This document shows, in pieces, positions 11,850 through 24,310 of a stretch of DNA of 64,000 bases. A program made the translations under genes and the position numbers. The DNA comes from Takakia lepidozioides (taxonomy: Eukaryota; Plantae; Bryophyta): the NCBI GenBank assembly GCA_030704615.1, contig CM060733.1, positions 59,768,001-59,832,000 on the forward strand, given 5' to 3'. Position 1 is the stretch's first letter. Each line of letters opens with the position of its first letter. The notes under the pieces were generated by a model that saw nothing but the letters and a program-made list of their open reading frames with translations, was not told where the DNA came from and searched no databases.

Positions 11850-13400
11850 CTTACAAATTCTAGAAGTATCCATACAAGAATCAAACATCACCTTCACCAT
11901 CAAGACTTGACAGAAGCTCCGCAATTGATTTAATCCCCCTTTCCTCTTGGATAGGTCCAAGAATTAGTTAAAATCCACCTATGGAATGACTGATAATGGT
12001 CATGTACACTATGTGGGGTATTCAAGTTTCTCGTAATCATGCTACCCGTTGTATCAACAACACTATATTTAGACACTTCTCCAAAGTTTTTGTATGAATC
12101 AACATTAGCAAACGAGTGGGTATTCTTTTGGAAGCAAATACTAAACTCACCCGAGAGCAATGATCATCAAGCTGTGTAGCATATCCATTATCAACAAGCT
12201 GTGGGCTGCCTCAGATATGTGATGGTATGTACTTGTCTAGACTTAGCCTTTGCGGTGGGGGGAGTTGTTCAACATTTAGCCAACCTTGGAAAACACATTG
12301 GAACGTATTAAGAATATTTTAAAATATCTATAAGTCTAATTAACCCCTAATGGACGAGGCAGTTTTTGGTGGGCCCCTCCAAAACAGGACATACCCTCAC
12401 GGATGAGGGTATATCTCTCAGGAAACTAACATCCACAGGGATGAACCGTATGAATGGGAGGCTACCTACTTCATCCAACTTCTGTGAAAATTTCAGCTCA
12501 TTCCACCGTGTCGTTTCGAAGATTATAAGAAATTTGCAAGCCCCAAATTTGGGGTACACTCCAAATTTAGAGTGACCAGGAAATTGGATCGACAAACTAT
12601 TTTTTCCTCGCAAGACCCCATCCAGATTCCAATTATGTGGCACCTAAAGCATGTTGCCCCAAATTTCAAAGCAGAATTCCAAAATCTTGATAAGGTTGCT
12701 TTGTATGGAAAAACAGGGGGTCAAAACACACCATGAATCTCAAATGACATGTAATTCAGGCTTAGGGGGTCGAAATTTCCTTGGAATCACAATTGTTGCG
12801 GTGAAAATGTTCCTTGAATGATGAACTACTACCTCCAAAAAGAAATTCAGAATTCTAACAAAAATTCAGGCAGAGATTTGCATTTGTTTCCATTTGTACT
12901 TTTGCCTTGTTGTCACCCCTTCAGCCTGCCACGTCACTAAGTCAAAGCTGCTGGACGACCAATTTTGGGCACCCGTACACACTAAAAAAAATTACTGACG
13001 GCAGGACTTTCATTATTTTAGGGTGCCATAAAGACGGGTAGGTGCATGACATCAAGGTGCACAACTTTCGTTCATAAAGTTTTTTCATCCAAGGTCATCC
13101 AACGATTTGCCATCGTGGATGATTTTTAGCGACCCTGACGCGACCCGAAACGGGTCGCCTCGTCCATTAGGGGTTAAAGAACATTATATTTATTATTATA
13201 GTACTTGAAAATAATGATAGGATCAATGTAAATGACTAGGTAAATAGTAAATATTGGTTTATGATTAAGTCCAATATGATTCAATAGTATTTGAGTTGGA
13301 CATTTGTTCCCATATGATCAAGTTGTGAGACATACTAGGTCGATAATAATAGATAATTTGGTGAACTAAGATTTTATACGATAAATGTTCGTCAAATTTT
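11850..13400 (+). mobile_element. Second Ty1/Copia RT/RNaseH remnant, interrupted by the piggyBac-like element
   Basis: STYGMTDNGHVHY and YQQAVGCLRYVMVCTCLDLAFAVG (about 12190-12260). AT-rich degenerate continuation after 13177. Confidence 0.7.
12344..13173. mobile_element. Non-autonomous piggyBac-like DNA transposon (830 bp)
   Basis: Perfect 17-bp TIR CCCCTAATGGACGAGGC (12344-12360) / GCCTCGTCCATTAGGGG (13157-13173), flanked by TTAA at 12340-12343 and 13174-13177. No transposase ORF inside. Confidence 0.85.
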
Positions 13401-13532
13401 TTGTAAATGAAGAATTATGTTGTAAAATATTTATGGTGAAATCTCTTAGAAAATTATAGCTTTTGTAAAGATTATTTGAAAGTAAAATAAAAATATATTT
13501 AACAAGTCGCGTATGGCTCCTCTTTGTGAATA

Positions 13533-13937
13533 GTGGAATCTACTTTCATCTATAACAAACTTGAAAATTCATCTGTTTATTGTCATAAGTTGTTCAATAG
13601 TGGGATCAAAATAAATGACGAAGAAATTATTCAGGTCTTGTTTTCTGCACTAAGCACAACACACACATTCAACAAGACCAGCGTCCCGAATACGGAGACA
13701 GATCAAATTTCAGAAACCACGATAACAACAGCACTACACAGTATCGTCGCAGACCTGGAACGTACTTTAATTGTGGCATGCCGGGACACTGGTCCAAAGA
13801 ATGTTTCAAGCCCAGGCGACCTAGACAAGCACCTCGTCAACAGGCAAACGTGGTTCATAAGGAGGCCACCACAGGAGGGGAAGAAAAACTTGACGACTCA
13901 AGCGCAATGTTTTCCCTCACCACCTTGGGAGCCATGA
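13533..13937 (+). mobile_element. Copia gag remnant with CCHC zinc knuckle
   Basis: GIKINDEEIIQVLFSAL, then the frameshifted knuckle YFNCGMPGHWSKEC (about 13763-13805). Confidence 0.65.
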
Positions 13938-14949
13938 AAGTGCCCGTTCTGGAATGTCGGAAAGTGCGACTCGGACAGAAATGCGGTGCCGCATTTCTGT
14001 TCCCGTTGTTCATAATTTATCTCCAGTTTTGTCTTCAACGTTCATAGCAGCTAGAGCTACCTAGAAAAGACACCAGCAAAGAAAAATGTAAACATAATTT
14101 TATCTATTAATATGAGACCATAAATTATTGGTCTCCACAAATAACCACACTTGTCATATTATAGATTTTCATATGCGACACTCATAACCATTTTTTATTG
14201 TTTTGGAATAAATACATGAATAATAAATATGCTATATAGTTCAAAAATAATCCATTCAAAAAATGAATGGAAAATTTATTTTGAAAGAGATTCTCATTGA
14301 AGCAGTTTGAACATAATGCAATAAATTAAAAAAAAATCAAACATACAATCACCAACAATGCACGAATAATTTATATCCATGCGAGTAGGATTACAAAACA
14401 AAATGGTTGAAAAACCAAAACAAAACACTTAAAATAGTTTAAAAAATAGTAAATGTGAAGTTTAGAAAAAAGAAGTTGTGAAATATTAATAAAAACTTGA
14501 ATACAAAGAACAAATGTGAGAGGATAAAACTGAAATGAACTTAATGTGGTGGAATTGAAATAATGAAGTTGTATGTGTTGGAACTAAAGCCAACTAAATA
14601 TAATGGAACTCAATGTCAAAACACTGAGGGGCCTGATTTGCGAGCTGTCACTCCCAGTTGCTTCCCTTTAAAAAAAAGGAAAAGGAAAAAACACTGAAAG
14701 GATTTGAGAAATGAAGGAAGAACCAGTCTTGCGGAAGCAAGAGTAAATTGTGGTGTCATTTCACCCCAAAAGGCTGCTGCCTTCCATTTGGAAGGGAAAA
14801 GTATTGTACCTAGGAAAGGTACATCACTTCGTCTTTCTTTTTGTCTTTCCTTAGGGAGGAGCCTATAAGTTCAATTTTATTTCCTTACCATGCAAAAATT
14901 TGGCCACCTCAAAGAGGCTTATAATAAAACTCCTAAAAAGAGACAATAT

Positions 14950-15205
14950 AGAGCTGTGGGCAGGTAGTAAGCCACTTGTGTATTGGCCTGTGGGTCTGCG
15001 GTTCAAACCCCTGTCATTTGTCTACCTGTGGGGCGCTGCCCATGTAATGCCTCCATGGCTCAGAAAGGGGGTTTACTTTCCCTCTAAAGGCCCAGTTGCT
15101 GGGGCTGGGGAAAAAGGATTTCCTCCTCATCTAATTTGATGAACAGGGCTCCGTCCCCTTTTTCTCAAAAAAAAAGAAGAAAAGAAAAGAGAAGAAAAGA
15201 AAAAG
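14950..15205 (+). mobile_element. Degenerate tRNA-derived SINE-like element
   Basis: B-box GGTTCAAACCC near 15000, a degenerate A-box upstream, and an A/AAAAG-rich tail at 15167-15204. Confidence 0.45.
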
Positions 15206-15631
15206 CGTGTCAGGTATTGTGTCTGCTTTTATAATAGGCACCTATCCCTAGATGCCCTGGAGGGTCTGAGGGTCAGTCTCCGAGAACACCACTGGAAGTT
15301 ATGGGTCAGTTGCTAGAATTGTGAGAAGAGCATCGATGGATGCTGAGGTTTGGAGAATTGGGTTGTGTAGATCCTGCCACACTCATCTTGGAGGACGGTC
15401 TTACTTTGCAATTGAGCAGAAGGATGTGGGTTCCTTCCACTGTACTTGGTGATGGATCACGGAAGTGAGATCCTCAAGTTGGGGATGATGGCAGATCGAG
15501 GAGGTCGATCCAATTGGAGAAAGGAAAGCATTCCTGTAGATCATTGTTTCATTCAAGTCTATTGATGTTGCGGGGGCAATCTGAACAACACCCCTGCTGT
15601 GTTGTCTAAAGTTGGGTCAAAAGTAGCAAAG

Positions 15632-18600
15632 ATGGGTCCAGGTCCAAGGATCAATTTTGGGTACAGGGGAAGCAAGAGTGGATCAGGAGATGCTGGTGGG
15701 GGCGGCAGGCATACCGGGGATGATTGCGTGCTGAGTGTTATATTTAGGGCACAGATTTCAGGCAAGGCATGCAAGTCGTTGAGGCAGCTGCCGAGGGCTG
15801 TATATTGCCGCCTACAGAGCACATCACATAATATGGCACCCTTGTGCATGGATTTGGAGAGTGCTTTAGTAGCCAATCAGGTCGAGACATGTGGGCGACT
15901 GTTAAGCACGCTTTCACATAGCATCTGTGAGTTGAACAGCCCGCACCATCAGCTGAATCGCGAGGCATTCGTGCTCTTTGGAGGGGATACGCTTCTTCTT
16001 CGGTGTCTTTTCTGTCCCTTCCCAAGTGAGGCCAGTTCAAAGATCCTCTCAGTTCGAAAGGAGTGCCTCAACGTTTTACGGGAATTATGCTTCACAGTAC
16101 CCTACTTTCCAGAGTCTTTGACGGGTCATCGAGATTTTGCAATCAAATTGTTTGCTATGATGGCAAATCCCACTACATTTGATCATGGTAAGTTGTCACA
16201 TCACGGTGAAGTTTCAGTTGTTCTTAAAGTAGGCTGGAAAGTGATGATCTAGTTTTGCTGTAGGTTGCCCAAATCTTTTGACTTTCCTGGGGATTATGCT
16301 CTTGCACTTGGTCTCAAAACTAGAATCTGAGCTGCTGTCTGTTTTCTACTGCACAGCGGTGGGGCTTGCAGAAGAGGTCCTTGCAGCTAGGGAAGATACT
16401 TTGAAGGTGCAGGACATTCCAGACTTCATGAGCCTCGTCCACAATTTCTCGTCAAGGCAGCTGGCTGCATTCTGCCGTGTCCTTGCAATGGTTGTATTTG
16501 AACCCGAGGTAACTCTTTTTCCATTTGTAGTGAATCTCACTTCTGCAGCCTGATGCATACAATTGGCAATTGGCAATGGTTGTATGGCTCCCTCAGTTTT
16601 TGCATGTGGGAATGGGGCAGGAGCGAAGTGCAGAGAGTGGCACACAGCAGCAAAAGACAAGGCCTGAGGAGTTGGAATGGACAGTGGCAGACGTGAATCA
16701 CGATGCAATTCTGGTCATTCCTGACATTCTTGCGCGACTTGTGAAGCTGTTGATGTTTGACAGGGTACCTTACAATCGAGAGGTGGGTATTTGTTGGAGC
16801 CAATTCTAACACTTTCTTCATAAACCCTATTGCTGTCAGGCTGAAGTGGTGCTAGGTTAGTTCTGTATGATATAGAGCAAAAGGTTTAGTGAGTTGTAGT
16901 GATCAGGGTGGCATTTGGGTAGTTCATCTCTATGACCTTGTTCAACCATATGCTTCCATTTCATGCAACATATGCTGCTCCTTGTTCCAGCCTCAACCAG
17001 TGCCAGTATACGTTTGGTTGCTTATGGTTCAACCACATTGTGAAAGGACATAAGCGTTGTGGCTGTGACCTTCAAATACGTTTGTGTTGGTGGCAGGCAC
17101 TTCTGTCATCAGAGGTTGCTGACTTTGCTGCAAGCATGTCAGTCGAGGGTGGTGCGGTAGAGGGCATCTTGAATCCTGCAAGTGAAAGTCGAAGCCAAGC
17201 TGTAGATGACAGTACCATCACTACACATGCGGAAACTAGGGAGGTGATGGCCTTGGCCTCACAGTCTCTACAGAGTGGTGCAGGTGTGAGTCTGATGGAT
17301 GATGCGATTCTGGATTGGAACATCACGTTTGTAGATCGCATGGGGCTTTCTACCAGTATCATAACTTACGCCGCAGTAAGCTTTCATCTTCCTTTTAATG
17401 GACTCTTTCGTATGTCCTCTGATTTCATGAAGTGCAATATGTTGTCTCACCTCTTGGTGTAAAGAAAGGAAAGGGGACTTCGGTTAAGGTAGTTTGGGAT
17501 CCAAAGTTCCGATTACTTGCCAGCATAACATGAAAGCAAGCTCCTAGTTTGGGAGGAACTGGTGATTAAAACTCAATGCAGTCCCCCTCGCACATTTCGG
17601 TCAGCAGTTTTGTGCAGGAAGAATAAAGAAGAGTGGGTGAAAGAAATAAGAGGACAAAAAGTAGGAAATGGACTTTGATGCATCATCGTAAAGTGCGTGA
17701 GGCACGGGAGCGGGCTATAAAGAGAGTGCATGCGGGAGACGGAATAGAAGAGGTAGAATGGGAGATTATCCCGAGGAGAGAAATACAAGAGGAGATAAAG
17801 CAGGAAAAAGAGGAAAGAGATGAAGGGGAGGAAGTTCAAGAAATGGTTCGAAGAAAGTTTAGATGATGGGACATTACTTAGCTTACGACTATGAACAGAC
17901 GATTTTGCTAACTCAAAACAATTGCATTGAATATATGAATTCATGGCCCATTGCTAATATTTTGTATAGCATATGATACTCAAATCAAATCCACAAATGT
18001 TTGAATATATAATGCAATATATTTATATCTTATATGGTTGTACCTTTTGAACACTTTCTATGATCCTTGAAAACAAGGACATGCTTGCCCCTCCACAATG
18101 CAAGTTGAAAATTGGTGGGGAAGGGACTTGGTCAGAACAATGGGGAAAGTTCTGGGTTCTTGCTTGAGCAATCTGAGAAAAGTTTTCTTGTTTGACACTC
18201 TTTGGCTTTCAAATGTTCCTGTTCTGCAAAAGTTGATCATGACAGTGCGCTGACAAAGTTGCCTGGTCTGGGGAGGTTGCAGCATCACGTGGAGGTTCTC
18301 TTTGTCCTTTGTGCCTTGTGTGGAGGGAAGAAGAGGGAGCAGGTTTGCGTTTATGCCCTTGACTTTCTGACTTGTGTGCTTAGTTGATGTGCACCAATTG
18401 CATCACCTTCATTGTCATTTCCTGGGTTGAGTGACCTAGGTGAGGTTGGTGGGTACAGGTTCAAAATGCTCTGGCAGAACTGGGGTTGGTGGATGTCCTG
18501 ACACACATGTTTGACAAGCTGGACTGGAAGGCAACACACCCACGCTCAAACTTGCGGGGTATTCATGGCTTAGGCTGTGCCTGCAATCCTAAGTCGGTAA

Positions 18601-20899
18601 GTGCTTTGTCAAAAGGCCCTGGTGGGTGGAAAGCTAGGAAGTCGGCAATCGCATCTGTGCTTAAGTTGTCGGTGTGCTGTTATGTGCAGGCCCTTAAGAT
18701 TCAGTATCTGAGGTTGATCCACAACTTTTGTGATCGTGATAGTTGCAATCGTGCTAATAAGCAGCTGCTGTTACTTCCAACTGCATTCAAGGTACTTGCC
18801 ATTATTTTATTCAGATGCTGTGGGTGGTTTACATGTTGTGGGTTTTTCTGTCTGTTTACGACTGCATCTACTAGGTTGCTAGGATGTCCAAGATGTTGAA
18901 AAATCCCTGTACTTTTGTGTATATGCACCTTCAGATTTGCTCTTAAACTACCTAGTGTGGATGCAGGAGAGTAACTGGTCGGTCCATTCGAATGTCGAGC
19001 CCAAGGACACAGATGGCCTGATGGTCAAGATTCTCAAAATCCTAGTTAACGAGCCAGCAGACTCTCTTTATCGGTACATTTTGTCCTCTGATTTTGTGTT
19101 TTGTGTGTAGAACTAGTAAATTATGGTCTCTCCTCTTGCATGTTCGTTGTTGGGTTCCCACGACTTGACATTTACATGGCATGGCATGGACATTGACAGG
19201 TTCTGGCTGGCCTCATGTGTTGAAGCATTCTTGAGAGGGGCCGACGCCAAGGATCAGGTATTAGACCCCATCCTGCACTCTGAGCTGTTGTTGTTGTGGT
19301 TGTTCATTTCACACTTTGTCAGTTGTCCAGAAACCAAAAGCTGAGTCTTGAAGCATGCAGGAATTTGTGGCATCGACAGGGCTGATGGAGCATCTTATAA
19401 CTGAAATTTTGAAAGGCGGTTTCCGTTGTGCTACCTCTTTGCAGGTCTGTGGCGATATCCCTGAGAGCACCCTTGTTTCTGTCTCCTCTTTTGCCAGCTT
19501 GTGTGCAAAATGTGCACTCTTTGATTACAGTGGTTGTTCTGGAACCCTTTTTTACTGAGATCTTGTAAACCACTTGAACTTCGTGGGTATCTGTGCTTGG
19601 TTTTGCTGTTGTGTTCAGATCAACTTTGATCTTCTTGGGGAGCTTATCAAATTCAACCAAGTGTTGTTCCAGCAGCTCAACAGATTGCTGGCAGGGGATA
19701 AGTTTGATCAATTTGTGGAGGTTGGTACCACATAGATTGACACGTGACTTGTTGCTCGCACTACAAGTGCCCAATCCTGTCCTGTTGAACCTCCTCCATT
19801 TGTTTGCATTGCAATGTTTCAGGACTTTCAGGGAGGTGCTTATGCATCTTGTTAATTGCCTGTACTGTCTCAAGGGTAGGCTTGCTGGGAACTTTCATCG
19901 TAGTCAGTGAAGACACAGTGCTTGTGGGGGGCTCTTGTGTTCCTAGAATGTTTGACATGGCTGTTGTTGTGCATGACATGAATCCCCGCAGGTCCTTGTA
20001 ACAAACCTGGTGGACTCGAATGTCTTCGTTCGATCTGTTGTACTCTCTCTGGATTACTTCAGGAGATGCCAGCAGATGGATACTACAAGGCTGGGGTTGA
20101 CTGCTGTGTGCTCTACTGCAAGGCGTACAATCATGGGCAATGAGGGCTACAGGGTTGGTACCATGCCAGCCATCTATCATGGGGAAGAGGATGATTGTTG
20201 CAAGGTTACAGCGTTTGTATCACACAATACGCTGCGGCTGCTGCGGGACCTCATGTGTGCTGTGCGGCTCAGCGACATAAATCAGGTATTCAGTCAACCA
20301 GTTGAGGATGCAGATCATGGGCTGAAACCTTCACATTTGCTGAAGGCATCTTGGTCTTCTGTTTTATGTTTGCCTCTGCATGTCAGAGGTCAGTGTGTGA
20401 TAGTCTGGAAGTCTATTCAACAGAGGATACTACTAACTTACTCTGGAATTGGATGTACTGTGTTCACAATTCCTTTTATCGAGTGTACTGTACATCATCA
20501 TTTTGCTTCTTGGTTGCATCATTTCACTGATGATGGATTCATTTGGAGTGGCAGGACAACATATGTGTACTGAACACAGCACTCATATTTTTCATTTTTG
20601 CGGAGCGAAATGGAGACTTGCAGTTATACATGCAGTCGTTGAGGGCAGCAGACGTGAGAGTCTTGCGTACATTCCGAGCGTTACTGGAGTTTTGGCGCAG
20701 TTACTATCTGCGCAAGCGGGGGCGTGAATGTGTCTCACTTCAGTATAGCACACAGCTGCCCTTCTCAGACTGGCTTGGCATTGTGGACTTGCTCTGCTCT
20801 CACCCTGATTCGCCCACGTCTCTCCTTCACGTGCCTGCAGCAGGTGCCCAATGTGTGGCTCTCGCAGCATCTAGTGAACCGCCTCCAAGAAGATGCTAG
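15632..20899 (+). CDS. TRPC4AP: TRPC4AP/TRUSS-like protein (CRL4-DDB1 substrate receptor family), about 13 exons
   Basis: Motifs matching animal TRPC4AP in order: VLSVIFRAQISG, AFVLFGGDTLLL, HGLGCACNP, ALKIQYLRLIHNFCD, RFWLASCVEAFLRG, FDLLGELIKFN, LVDSNVFVRSVVLSL, ICVLNTALIF, LLEFWRSYY, LQYSTQLPF. GT-AG introns throughout. Start codon at 15632 is inferred. Confidence 0.88.
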
Positions 20900-23889
20900 A
20901 CGACTTTTCCATCAATTGTGTATAGCTCCATTTTACTTACATGTCTAAATAGATGTGACCCCCAGTTGTGCGTGTATACTACTTTCATTAACCATAGATC
21001 AGAATCCAATAAGCACGACAGCTGACATGTTCAGTAGGCTTTAGCTCTTGCAAACTTGATGAGCCAGTACAAAGCAGGACAGTTCGTTGGTTTCAAATAG
21101 CTATATTCCACAGCACAATTTTACTAAATGTTACTCAGATTCAAGGTTCCAAAGGAGTGTGTCAAGATGAAAGATTGTTGTGGTGACTTTGTGGACAAAG
21201 AATACTATTGATTGCCTTGCATGGCAAAACTCTCTTTCAGGTATCCGTATATGCGCATCAACATATGCTTTTGCAACCCTAGCTGCCATTTGCATTGTTT
21301 GAAGGATTTATGCCTTGGGGCCTAATTGGTTTCATGCAGAGGCAAATTTGTCAAATTTGATCATATGGCAGCTAAATGGGAGGAGCACATGGAGTGCTCT
21401 TCATCCTAAAACCCTGGACAATTTGAGTGACTACCGTTCCTCTTATGTTAACAGATGTATCAATTTGAATGGTGTGATTGACAGATTCCTGACTCATTCA
21501 GCAAAGAGGTTGGCATAGATATACATTCAGCCCCTCCTAATTCACTTTGTCACTCGGATTCTTACAATCCTCCATGGGTGCGGCCACCCGCAACCTGTTG
21601 ATATAGATTCTCCTCCTTGCTAGGGGACCTGCTGGAGTGTTGGTAGACATTGCTCTTTGGTATTCTGCAAAAATACATCTACTTTGGAGGGAGAGTCCCC
21701 TTATTTTTACTGTATCTGGGGCTAAACCTTGGGGTAAAGAGAATATCTTTCCACTGTCGGTGAGCACATTCTGTCGTTTCGGAATATTGGCACGTTGTTT
21801 TTGGAATCTTGGCCAAGGGTGGGAATCTGTTTGAGTATAGTTCTGTTGGTATTCCGTAGTGTTTCTCTTTGCTGGTTGTAGCGTGCTCATCGTCACCGTT
21901 ACTCTGGACGTGACTTTTGTGTTGTTTCCGTTGAGGGAAGATTGATGGTGAGGCCTTGGCGAGAGATCCACTTGCAACGATATGTTCGTTGCTTACAAGT
22001 GATCTACGAACAACGAAGGTGACATAACGAAGGACCAACGAGTACTTTATGTACAAATCCTTCAAGTTCCAGCGCTCACAGACTCAACTAGAACTATCAC
22101 ACAATCCTAGAAGTTGCACATGGTACTGGAGTACATCCAGTCCTCCCAACCGCCACACCATGCATCTGTTTCTGTGTCATTACTCTTCCCTGCTCGTAGA
22201 TACTTTCTCGATGGCCGTCCTGTCTGCCAGTCTCTTTACACAGCCAACGTCTACAAGTGCGCAACAAGGAAATCACTCACAGGTGCAGCAAGACGACTGG
22301 ACTGAGTGCGGGAGGCAATAATGGGCACTTGGGCGTTCGTAAAGACCAGGCCAAGATTTTTCAGTTAGAGAGGATGGCGCCTTACATGGAGAGATTTTCA
22401 CGCCAGGTGAGCATGGAACCTTACGCCGCGTAAGGTTCCTCCTCTCCTCCAGAGGAAGGCACCTTAAGTCGCGTAAGGTTCCTGTTCTTGTGAACCGTCC
22501 GATTTAGTTGATCCCAGCCGTCGATGGTAAGGAAATCCTTGGCTGTTTCTTTATGCCGAGGGAACTCGGGGCCCGCCACGAGGCGGTAGCCCTTTATTTC
22601 AGGAAGGCCCCCGTACCCTATACATAGGATCTGAGTACTCGCGGGTACCTTGTAATACAAGTTTCCGACAACGCGGTATCCTTTTTCTGATCTTACAGCT
22701 GCCCAGTGATGATCGATCCGGATGCGATTGATACACTTGATTGGACGACATTGCTAGCGCATTTCCGGTCCCTTGCCTGCATAGCTATTTTTAACAGTGA
22801 CCCTTTCTAGTATGATTACCTGGAATAGAATGACAGCAGGATCTGCAAAGCTTGGGTGTGGCAGGGAGGCTTTCAAGACCTTACGTTAGTATCACCTTTG
22901 TATGCGGTCTATCTGCATGTAGCCATGGGGGCCTCGTGGACGAAGGTAGACACTAGATTGATGGAGGAGCAGGTTGGTGTTTTGCGCCGGTGAAGGGCAG
23001 CTGATGAAGGGCATTTAGTCGTTTCCGAAGTAGTAAATTGAGGCTGCCGCCCTCGTTCACGCATTCTTTAACGTTAAATGCATCTTCATCCGCTGCCCTT
23101 CCCAATGCGTGGTCCTCACAAAATGGAAGATGAGTTGCAGGTGTTTGCACACCGTGGGCTCCCCGCATCAACAGCAGCAACCAGCACAAATCTGGGAAGC
23201 TCCTCGAAGTCCGGGACATCATTATGCACTCTGCTTGCAGCTTCCTTGATCTCCTCAAATCACTGCACAGGCCCTCTAGTCAGTTTGTCTGTAAAAGTAG
23301 GGAGGCCCACCCTACACTAAGCTCTTCGACCTCTTTCACTCCCTGCAGGTCTGCATCCAAAAACATGCAATTGTGAGAATTATGTAGACATGGACATAGG
23401 GAGAGTAGTGATGTCCACGGAACCTCACTGTCTTTGATCTCCGTTTTCCTGAGGAGCAAGAAACCAAATGAGGATATGTTTGTCAAGGATGACAAGTGGC
23501 CACGGAGCCAGCCCTTCCCTGGCCAGGCTGCCAGAGGTCATTTGGCATGGTAGGGTTGGACTATTGCATGGGAAGTCTTCTAGACAAAGATACTCCTTCA
23601 ACTATCAAAGGAGCAGCTATCAAGATCAAGAGTCAAGGGAAGACATCTCCAACTCAAGCTAAGGAGATAGAAAGCCAAATTCCTTACCAACAGTTATAAA
23701 TTCACCGACAAGCACACAAAAGGGATCCATGATTCTGGTGTGGAAATATACGTCTTGCATTAGATTAGTACCTCCCACCTTGTCCACTGACTCCACTAAC
23801 CTTGGCCTACACATGAGAGGACAACATATAATGAGATGAAGGGTATAAGGACCACAAACACGGCCATAGGCCTTTAACCCAATCAACAC

Positions 23890-24310
23890 ATGTACAGAGC
23901 AATGGAAAAAGTAAAAAAAAACATAGCCAGGTCGCTGGTTGGCAACAGGGTGCACACCCTCGTGGTAGATGACAAATTGCATCCACAAATTGAGGAAATT
24001 CATGCTGATCTGACAAGAGTGTCTCAGTTGATGAAGGAGGCAGTGTGCGTTCCTCACCCAGGCTTGTCATTGCATGATGTGGACGAGGAATTTCAGTTTG
24101 CCACCACAGTGAGATGCTGGCCATTGCTTTTGGGCTGATCAGCACGGCCCCTGGGAAGCCTCTCCATGTTATTCAGAACCTTCCTGTGTGTGTGGTGACT
24201 GCCACATGACCACCAAGTTCATCTCAAAGATTGTTGGGCGAGCAATCGTTGTACGGGATGCAAACTGTTTTCACCAATTTCAAGATGAGGTTTGTTCTTG
24301 TGGTGAAAGC
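23890..24310 (+). pseudogene. PPR-DYW (E+/DYW deaminase domain) pseudogene fragment
   Basis: NRVHTLVVDDKLHPQIEEIHADL...LHDVDEE / [21 protein letters not shown] / [39 protein letters not shown] across two frameshifts. No PPR array upstream and no terminal DYW tripeptide. Confidence 0.88.

Noticed and set aside
10850-12160. Diverged inverted repeat (about 10850-11040 vs 11960-12160) suggesting a TIR element
   Set aside because: Both arms translate to the same region of Copia RT. They are two retroelement fragments in opposite orientation, with no TSD.
15563-15565. In-frame TGA followed by Cys codons as possible selenocysteine
   Set aside because: Land plants lack the Sec machinery, no SECIS was recognised, and TRPC4AP similarity begins downstream.
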